This document shows positions 56,808 through 64,000 of a DNA stretch of 64,000 nucleotides, one piece after another. Within the stretch, counting starts at the first letter, position 1. The number at the start of each line of letters is the position of its first letter. Made by a program: the position numbers and the translations under genes. Source of the stretch: Staphylococcus phage vB_SurM-PSU4; the sequence record OL436245.1; one strand, given 5' to 3'. Under the pieces are notes generated by a model. The model was given only the letters and a program-made list of their open reading frames with translations, was not told the DNA's origin and did no database searches.

Positions 56808-58577
56808 ATGGCTGAAAGTGTATTTCCAAGAATCCCTATCACCCGTCCACATACAGAAATAAATGTAGATACGTCAGGTATTGGTGGTTCAGCAAGTTCA
56901 AGTGAGAAGATTCTTTGCTTAATTGGACAAGCTGAAGGTGGGGAACCTAACACAGTATATGAATTACGAAATTATTCACAAGCTGAACAAATTTTCCGTT
57001 CAGGAGAATTAGTAGATGCTATTCACTTAGCATGGACTACAAACCCACAATTTACAGCAGGAACTATTTTAGCAATGCGTATTGAAGATGCAGAACCTGC
57101 AACACTAACTAAAGGTGGATTAACTTTTAAATCTAAAATCTATGGTGTAGACTCTAATGACATTCAAGTTGCTTTAGAAGAAAACACTATCACAGATTCT
57201 TACCGTTTGAAAGTTATCTTTGATAAAGACCGTATTCGTAACACTTACGATAATATTGGTAACATCTTCAAATTAGAGTATACAGGTGAAGGTCAAGGTA
57301 CTTATACAGTTAAACATAATAAAGAAACTGGTGAAGCTACAAACCTAATCTTAAGTGAAGATGGTTCAGAAGTAAGAAATTATGCACTAGGTGAAGGTGT
57401 ATATGAATATACGAATGACATCATTAAAGACGTAAACAACTTACCAAGCTTTAAAGCTACATTGTCACCATTCGGAAATAAAGACTTAGAAACTAAGTAT
57501 TTAGATGAAGCTAAAGATGTAGATATTAAAGTTGAAGATGGGGTTTATGTAACAGCAATCTTCGGAGATATTTTAAAACAAACTAAATATGACCAAGCAA
57601 TATCAATTGAACGTACAGAAGAACAACAAGATTCTCCAAGCGATGTAAGTGTAGAAGCAGGTGAAAGTAGTGCTGAAGTATCAGCAGGAAGTACTGTATC
57701 TGTACAAGACATTGAACCATTTGAATTATCTAACTTACAAGGCGGAACAAATGGAACACCTCCAAGCACTTGGTCAGAAAAATTAGATAAATTTTCACAT
57801 GAAGGTGGATACTACATTGTACCACTAAGTTCTAGACAATCTGTACACGCAGAGGTTGCACACTTTGTAACTTCACGTTCAGATGCAGGAGAACCAATGA
57901 GAGCTATTGTAGGTGCAGGAATTAATGAAGCAAAAGAACAATTAATTGGTCGTGCTTCAGCTCTAGTAAATCCTCGTGTTACACTTGTAGCTAACTCTGG
58001 TACATTTATGATGGATGATGGACGTAGAAACCATGTACCTGCATATATGGTAGCAGCAGCTATCGGTGGTTTAGCAAGTGGACTAGGTATTGGTGAATCA
58101 ATTACATTCAAGAACTTCCGTATTAATTCACTAGACCAAGTTTATGAATCAGCAGACTTAGACCAATTAAACGAAAACGGTGTAGTAACTATCGAATTCG
58201 TTCGTGACAGATTAAACACTCGTTTCCGTATTGTTGATGATGTAACAACATACAATGACACAAGAGACCCTGTTAAATCTGAAATGGCAATTGGTGAAGA
58301 AAACGACTTCTTAAGTTCTGAACTTAAAATCTTACTTGATGATAACTTCATCGGTTCTAGAACAACAGAAACAAGCCCTTCAATCATCAAAGACTTTATT
58401 CAGTCTTATCTTGAACGTAAAAAACGTGACCATGAAATCCAAGATTTCACACCAGAAGACGTACAAGTTATTGTTGAAGGTAAAGAAGCACGAATCTCAA
58501 TGACAGTATTCCCAATCAGAACATTGAAAAAAATTACTGTATCATTGGTTTACAAAGAACAACAATTACAAGCCTAA
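56808..58577 (+). CDS. tail sheath protein
   Basis: 589 aa, comparable to myovirus sheath proteins; immediately precedes the tube gene; RBS ataggagac. Confidence 0.65.
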   Translation: MAESVFPRIPITRPHTEINVDTSGIGGSASSSEKILCLIGQAEGGEPNTVYELRNYSQAEQIFRSGELVDAIHLAWTTNPQFTAGTILAMRIEDAEPATLTKGGLTFKSKIYGVDSNDIQVALEENTITDSYRLKVIFDKDRIRNTYDNIGNIFKLEYTGEGQGTYTVKHNKETGEATNLILSEDGSEVRNYALGEGVYEYTNDIIKDVNNLPSFKATLSPFGNKDLETKYLDEAKDVDIKVEDGVYVTAIFGDILKQTKYDQAISIERTEEQQDSPSDVSVEAGESSAEVSAGSTVSVQDIEPFELSNLQGGTNGTPPSTWSEKLDKFSHEGGYYIVPLSSRQSVHAEVAHFVTSRSDAGEPMRAIVGAGINEAKEQLIGRASALVNPRVTLVANSGTFMMDDGRRNHVPAYMVAAAIGGLASGLGIGESITFKNFRINSLDQVYESADLDQLNENGVVTIEFVRDRLNTRFRIVDDVTTYNDTRDPVKSEMAIGEENDFLSSELKILLDDNFIGSRTTETSPSIIKDFIQSYLERKKRDHEIQDFTPEDVQVIVEGKEARISMTVFPIRTLKKITVSLVYKEQQLQA

Positions 58578-58646
58578 TCTAGTGGAGTACCTAGATTAGG
58601 TACTCCTATTATGAAAAAGTTAAACAAAATAGGAGAGTGAATATAG

Positions 58647-58985
58647 ATGGCAAGTGAAGCTAAACAAAGTATTCACACTGGTAATACCGTCTATCTAATG
58701 GTTAAGGGTAAAATTGTAGGCAGAGCTCAATCAGCTTCAGGTACACGTGAATACGGTACTGAGGGCGTATATGAAATTGGTTCTATCATGCCACAAGAAC
58801 ACGTTTACCTTAGATACGAAGGTACAGTGACAATAGAAAGATTACGAATGAAAAAAGAAAACTTTGCAAAATTAGGATATGCTTCTTTAGGTGAAGAAAT
58901 CCTTAAAAAAGATGTTATCGATATTTTAGTTGTAGATAACTTAACTAAGAGTGTAATCATAGCGTATCATGGTTTAACTAAATAG
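58647..58985 (+). CDS. tail tube protein (112 aa as it stands; 3' end possibly intron-interrupted)
   Basis: small protein right after the sheath with RBS aataggagag; its TAG stop is followed directly by a group-I-like element. Confidence 0.5.
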   Translation: MASEAKQSIHTGNTVYLMVKGKIVGRAQSASGTREYGTEGVYEIGSIMPQEHVYLRYEGTVTIERLRMKKENFAKLGYASLGEEILKKDVIDILVVDNLTKSVIIAYHGLTK

Positions 58986-59364
58986 ACCCCTTGTACAGTG
59001 ATGTGCATTGAATAATACTTTAAATTGCTAGAACACCGTAAAGCTAACTTAACCACATAGGAATTGGAAACGATAAACTAGAAGGTCAGGAAACTAGAAA
59101 AAATAAGTTAGATGGTATATGGTTAAAACCTAAGTACTAATTAATCGGAAATTAGCATCGAAGCTCCTGTAAAATGGAGAACGTTCAACGACTATAATAA
59201 GTGAGTCTTAGTTACAATAAGATTATGGAATAGTCTAGTCCGTATATAAATATTGCGAAAGCAACGGTAGAATCGGTTCAGCGAATAACTATGATGAAGA
59301 GATAAACACGAACGAAATGATAACTGAGAGCATAGAGTTTTCTTATCTTACAGCATTAAATTTC
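58986..59364 (+). ncRNA. group-I-intron-like ribozyme core A (ORF-less)
   Basis: R-like gttcaacgactata (59183-59196) and S-like atagtc (59230-59235) form a P7 pairing; aatcggaa-type internal elements; starts with the motif agaccccttgtacagtgatgtgcattgaataa. Confidence 0.5.
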
Positions 59365-59650
59365 TAGTGCCCTTATACAGTAATGTATATTGAATAAATC
59401 CTCTAATTCAGGGAAACCCTAAACGAAATTAAGACGTAGGCAATCCTGAGCTAAGCCTGTAACATACAGGAAAGTGCAACGACTATCTCTACGGAGAGTA
59501 CGCTCAAGTGAGTGGAAATGGGGATTATCCTATAAAGTATAGGATAGTGATATAGTCTGGACATATATGGAAACATATAGAAGGTTAGGAGTAACGAACC
59601 TAATCGTAACACAATCGCAGATAAAGCATCATAATAATTTAGTATACTTA
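59365..59650 (+). ncRNA. group-I-intron-like ribozyme core B (ORF-less)
   Basis: gggaaaccc (59411-59419), aggcaatcctgagctaagcc (59438-59457; compare T4 td ggcaatcctgagccaagcc), R gtgcaacgactatctc (59474-59489), S atatagtctgg (59550-59560); begins with the same motif agtgcccttatacagtaatgtatattgaataa as core A. Confidence 0.55.
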
Positions 59651-59653
59651 AAC

Positions 59654-59690
59654 CCAACTTTTATTGTTGGGTTTATTTTTTTTTAATTTG
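59654..59690 (+). terminator. rho-independent terminator
   Basis: aaacccaac ttttatt gttgggttt then T10. Confidence 0.65.
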
Positions 59691-59716
59691 CTTTATCAGA
59701 AGCAGTATGTTATAAT
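59688..59716 (+). promoter_or_regulatory. sigma-A-like promoter for the free-standing endonuclease gene
   Basis: TTGCTT 59688-59693, 17-nt spacer, TATAAT 59711-59716; RBS aaggag follows. Confidence 0.5.
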
Positions 59717-59739
59717 ATAAATATAAGGAGATGATATAA

Positions 59740-60675
59740 ATGAAACAAACAAACCAATTTACATTTAATAAAAAAGAAAGTCAGAAGATATGGGAAGAAT
59801 GGTGTATCAATCAGGGGTTAAAACCTTTAGTTACATATGAGAAATCTCAACAACCTTTTTATTTTGAATTTACTTCAGGTAAATTTAAAGGATTAGTAGG
59901 TAAAACATATTGGGCTAGTATAAAAAGAGGTTCAATAATGAGATTGAGTTGCTTAACAGAAGAGAGTAAAAATAAATATATTAAAGAATTAGGTAAAAGT
60001 AAAGGAATAGAAATTATAGAAGACTATAAAGGAGGTAGAAAAATAAAGCATAAGTTTATTTCAATAGATGGAAAATACAAAGGGTGTGAGGGACAAGTAA
60101 CCTTAAATGACTTAGAGAATATGAAATCTATAGATAATAGAAGTTTAACAATTAAAGGTAAAAAACAATATTTTGATTATAAAGCGAAACAAAGAGATTG
60201 TACAATACTAGAATATCCAGAAAATTATAATATAAAAACCAATGAAAAACTAATAGTAGAAGATAACAAAGGATTAAAACATGAGATAATAGTCCAAGAC
60301 TTTTTTGAGAAAAACTCTATATTAGAAGTTTCAAATTTTAGTGAAGGAGAAAAAATAGTTAAAGAAATACTTATAGAAAGAGGTATTGATTTTATCAAAG
60401 AGAAAGGATTTAAAAATAGTAAAGGTATAACACAGAGGTTTGACTTTTATATAGAATTAGGAGAAGAATTATTTGTAATAGAGTATAATGGTTCACAACA
60501 TTATAAAAAAGCAACGGGATACTTTAAAGATACATTAGAAAAAACTCAAAAAAGAGATGAGTTGAAAAGAGAATATTGTAAAAGAAATAATATATATCTT
60601 TTGGAAATACCTTATACTATTAAAGATAAAGAAAGTATAGACAAAGAGATAAAAGAATTTTTAGACCTAGATTAA
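59740..60675 (+). CDS. free-standing endonuclease, third paralog of the Vsr/DUF559-like family
   Basis: C-terminus FDFYIELGEELFVIEYNGSQHYKKATGYF ... NIYLLEIPY aligns with 36562..37455 and 38065..39048; has its own promoter, RBS and terminator. Confidence 0.6.
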   Translation: MKQTNQFTFNKKESQKIWEEWCINQGLKPLVTYEKSQQPFYFEFTSGKFKGLVGKTYWASIKRGSIMRLSCLTEESKNKYIKELGKSKGIEIIEDYKGGRKIKHKFISIDGKYKGCEGQVTLNDLENMKSIDNRSLTIKGKKQYFDYKAKQRDCTILEYPENYNIKTNEKLIVEDNKGLKHEIIVQDFFEKNSILEVSNFSEGEKIVKEILIERGIDFIKEKGFKNSKGITQRFDFYIELGEELFVIEYNGSQHYKKATGYFKDTLEKTQKRDELKREYCKRNNIYLLEIPYTIKDKESIDKEIKEFLDLD

Positions 60676-60697
60676 TTTCTAGGTCTTTTTTTTTATT
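60663..60697 (+). terminator. rho-independent terminator
   Basis: agacctag...ctaggtct then T10. Confidence 0.65.
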
Positions 60698-60826
60698 CCT
60701 ATTTTGTTATATATATAAAATATGATATAATTAATATAAATAAGATAGAATAATATTATTGCGTGCTATATTAGATATGTAAAAGGAAAAAATTAATTAC
60801 TAAGAAGAGGAGAAAGTGTTTATATT

Positions 60827-61384
60827 ATGGCTGAAGAAAATAAAAAAGATTTATCTGAAATGACCGAAGAAGAGATAGATGAATTAAAATATAAAAAAGA
60901 TACTAAAGAAACAGAAGATAAAACAGAAGATAAAAAAGAAGAATCTAAAGAAGAGGATTCTAAAGAAAAAGAAGAAAAACAAAAACCTGTTTCTGAAATG
61001 ACTAAAGAAGAAATAGAAGAACTAAAATACAAACAAGAACAAGAAAAACAAAAAGTATTGGATAAAGTTATTAGGGGATATAATGATACGTTCATTAAAC
61101 ATTATGACTTTAGAGAATTAGGTTTAACATTCACAATTAAATTACACTTACCTAATATGATTGAACAAGGTCAAATTAATGCTCTACGCTCTAAATATCT
61201 TGGAGGTACGGATGTAGACCAACCTGCATATATTTATTATGCTTTTGAAATGTTAGCTACAATTCAAGTTGTAGGTGATGACGTTCCTAAGTATTTCAAG
61301 AATGAAGAAGACGTGTATAACCCTGCTCCATTAATTCAAATGTATAATGATTGGATGGAATTTCAATCAACCTTTCGTTACTAG
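60827..61384 (+). CDS. tail assembly chaperone-like protein (Glu/Lys-rich N-terminus)
   Basis: RBS aagaggagaaag; sits two genes upstream of the tape measure. Confidence 0.5.
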   Translation: MAEENKKDLSEMTEEEIDELKYKKDTKETEDKTEDKKEESKEEDSKEKEEKQKPVSEMTKEEIEELKYKQEQEKQKVLDKVIRGYNDTFIKHYDFRELGLTFTIKLHLPNMIEQGQINALRSKYLGGTDVDQPAYIYYAFEMLATIQVVGDDVPKYFKNEEDVYNPAPLIQMYNDWMEFQSTFRY

Positions 61385-61976
61385 AAGAGATATACAAGAA
61401 TTAGGTGGTATGAAGCATGTTGCGAAGAATAACTATGGACGTAACATGTGGAGAATCATGGATAAGTTCCAAGTACTACCTACAGATGAAAGATTCCAAA
61501 ATCTATCTCCTGACCAAATAGAGTACATATTTGCTAATATGGAAATGGATATGAAAGAACAACAAAGAATGGCTAAAGGACTTAAAAACACAGTTGAAGA
61601 TGATGATGATTCATGGTGGAATGAAGATTCTGAAACGTTTGACCCATTACGTGAAGACCATGATGAAGACGATTTAGCTAAACAAGTAGATGCTTTACTT
61701 TCTGAAACAGAAAGACGTAAGAAAGCAGAACGTATTAAAGCAGACGATTACTCAGAAGAAGAACAAGAAATGATTAAACAAAACCATCAAGATGAAGTTA
61801 GAGATTATATTAATAAACAACTCGAAGAACTTGATGATGAAGTAAGCAATGGAAAAACTAAAGAAGAAAAACCTTCTACAACAGTTCCAGAAGATATGAC
61901 TAAAGATGATTTAGAAAGTGCAATAAGCTTATTCAATGGTACAGAAGAAGAGACGGATGATTTCTTCGATATTTAA
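61347..61976 (+). CDS. overlapping +1-frame ORF, possible frameshift extension of the chaperone
   Basis: 38-nt overlap with 60827..61384 in the +1 frame; no good RBS of its own; acidic C-terminus. Confidence 0.4.
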   Translation: MIGWNFNQPFVTRRDIQELGGMKHVAKNNYGRNMWRIMDKFQVLPTDERFQNLSPDQIEYIFANMEMDMKEQQRMAKGLKNTVEDDDDSWWNEDSETFDPLREDHDEDDLAKQVDALLSETERRKKAERIKADDYSEEEQEMIKQNHQDEVRDYINKQLEELDDEVSNGKTKEEKPSTTVPEDMTKDDLESAISLFNGTEEETDDFFDI

Positions 61977-61977
61977 A

Positions 61978-62019
61978 GGTGGTGGTTAAAATCCACTACC
62001 TTATTTTTTTAGAGAAGTG
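61978..62019 (+). terminator. hairpin with T-run (attenuator or terminator) before the tape measure gene
   Basis: ggtggtgg ttaaaat ccactacc then ttattttttt. Confidence 0.4.
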
Positions 62020-62040
62020 GTGGTAAACAAATGGCAATGA

Positions 62041-64000
62041 ATGAAACTTATAATTTAACCATAAATGGTGATGGTTCCAAGTTAAATAAGGAACTGGAGA
62101 CAATACTTACAAATTTAAAATCTATTGAAAATCAAAATATGTCTAAGCCTTTAAAAGACTATGAACAAAAGATTAGAAAAGCTGTAGATTTAAACAAACA
62201 ATTACAAAAGATAATGAGTAAAAACGAAGGTAATACAATTGTATCTTCTAAAGATATGAATAGTTCATTAAAGATAACACAAGAAATGACTAAACATATG
62301 AAAGACTTACAAGGTGTATTACAAGATGTTCAGAAGACTGGATTATCTAAAGGTATTAAAGCTGACTATGATATGTTGCATCAAACATTAAATGGTTTGA
62401 ATGGAACAATGAGTCAGACAATAAAACAACAAAAAGAGTTTAATAGTTTAAAAACAACAAGAGACCCTAACGTTCAAGCGATGATTAAAGATTGGGAACG
62501 TTTAGGTAAAATGCCTAAAGAATATAAACAGTCTATGAAAGAGATAGACAAAACAAAAGAAGCTAACAAGACTTTAAATAAACAAAGAAACAGAATTACA
62601 TCTGCAAATGAAAGAGAACGTAGAGATGGTAAATACTCTGCTAGAGATGGTGCAGAAGTAGCTAAAGCTTTAAACCAAGATTATGACCAATATAGAAATG
62701 AGCTTAAGAAAGCTAAAGCCTCTTTAAAAGAGTTAAGAAAAAAACAAGAAGATATTGCTAAAAATCAAGAGAAGACAAATACAGACTACTCAAGTAATAA
62801 AATTGGAAAAGAAGAACATAGAGAGCAAACAGCTTATAATTCTACCTTATCAAGTCAATACGATAAAGAAATTAAAGAGAGAGAAAAATATGTCTCTAAC
62901 TTAAAAAGTATGACTAACGACTTAGGTAAAACTGGAGCAACAAGACAACAATTTGAACAAGGAAGAGTAGCTAGAAGTCGAGATACGTTACTAGGTACTG
63001 CTTTAGAACGTGCACCATCCATCGCATCTCATGCTACTATGGGAGTAGGTGGAGCACTAGGTTTACAATACGCTCAAGGTAAAAGCTCTCTAGAAGGTAT
63101 TAGAGGGGAAGAAATAGCACTAGGACAACAAACAGGTGCAAGTGATTATTCTTCTCTAAGAAAAAACTTATTCCAAGCATCCGATGATAGAGGGTTAGGA
63201 TTTAAACCTTCTGAACTTGTTAAAATGTCTTCGCAAGCTATGCAAGCAATTGGAGATAAAGGATTACCAAACCAAGAAGAAATCACAACAGAACTAGCTA
63301 CAGGAGCTAGAGGTATGGGTGTAGCTGATACAGAATCTTACTTAAAATCTATGACAGATATTATGCACAGTGGTGGAATTGGTGATGATGTAGATTTAAA
63401 ACAATTCCAAAAAACAGTATCTGGCGGTATTAAAGAATCAGGTATGAAAGCCCAAGCAGATGAACAACTAAAAGCTTTATCTTCTATGTCTAATACAATG
63501 GGAGCTCAACGTGAACTTTCAACTGCTGATTTAAATTCTATTGCTAGTTTACAGGGTACTTTTGCAGAATCAGGTAATAAAGCATTACAAGGTGAAAAAG
63601 GTGCAAATGCTTTAAACCAAATCCAACAAGGTATTGCGGGAGCATACCAAGACCCTTCAATGAGAAATATAATGGGGTTCGGTTCTGAATACACAGGTGT
63701 TACAGGAGCATGGCAACAAAGAAAAGATTTAGGAGACCCTAGTAAACTAGGGGAGAACTTAAGTCAATTCATGGGATTCTATGGTACAGCAACACCTGAA
63801 CAAGAAGCTGCTACTGGTATGGGTCTCATGGATAATTTTGGACTTAGTGGACAACAAGCTGAAGAAATCATGAAGTTGTATGACAAAGGTGAATTATCTG
63901 AGGAAGAATTAGGTAAGAAAGTAAAAGAATACCAAGACTCTAGTGAGATAGACAAAAACAACAAAGACCAATCAGAACAACAACAAGGTAAAGATAACAC
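62041..64000 (+). CDS. tail tape measure protein, 5' part (runs off the window)
   Basis: open frame from ATG 62041 (RBS gtggtgg) to the window end, more than 650 codons with no stop; Lys/Glu/Gln-rich coiled-coil-like sequence; follows the chaperone-like pair. Confidence 0.55.

Noticed and set aside
57545-58390. Three minus-strand ORFs inside the tail sheath gene (57545..57769, 57812..58111, 58142..58390)
   Set aside because: Fully contained in the antisense of a well-supported 589-aa gene; no RBS.
60820-61095. Minus-strand Ser-rich ORF
   Set aside because: Antisense of the Glu/Lys-rich N-terminus of 60827..61384.
63506-64000. Minus-strand ORFs 63506..63694 and 63779..64000
   Set aside because: Inside the open tape measure reading frame, which has no stop from 62041 to the window end.

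Overview
This window is an AT-rich (about 30% GC) segment of a Staphylococcus Twort-like myovirus. I place it in Kayvirus, close to phage K, because the 495-aa endolysin at 46436..47923 matches LysK almost residue for residue. Layout: (i) 1-6000 is a plus-strand early region with small acidic genes and a dense array of consensus sigma-A promoters. (ii) 6250-40974 is a long minus-strand block of early and host-takeover genes: PhoH, RNase H, MazG-like, metallophosphatase, HTH regulator, SNase-like nuclease, S8 subtilase, two collagen-like proteins, NTase-fold protein, GIY-YIG and HNH homing endonucleases. It ends with the portal gene and a terminase large-subunit gene that appears split by four group I introns, two of which carry endonuclease ORFs. 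(iii) 40975-45420 is a divergent promoter region, four small plus-strand genes and two ORF-free stretches. (iv) 45915-64000 holds holin and LysK, an SLT-domain protein, prohead protease, scaffold-like acidic protein, major capsid protein, virion proteins, tail sheath, tail tube, an intergenic region with two tandem group-I-like ribozyme cores followed by a free-standing endonuclease paralog, two overlapping chaperone-like ORFs, and the 5' part of the tape measure gene. I found no canonical tRNA cloverleaf and no CRISPR array by eye. All splice junctions and several start codons are approximate.
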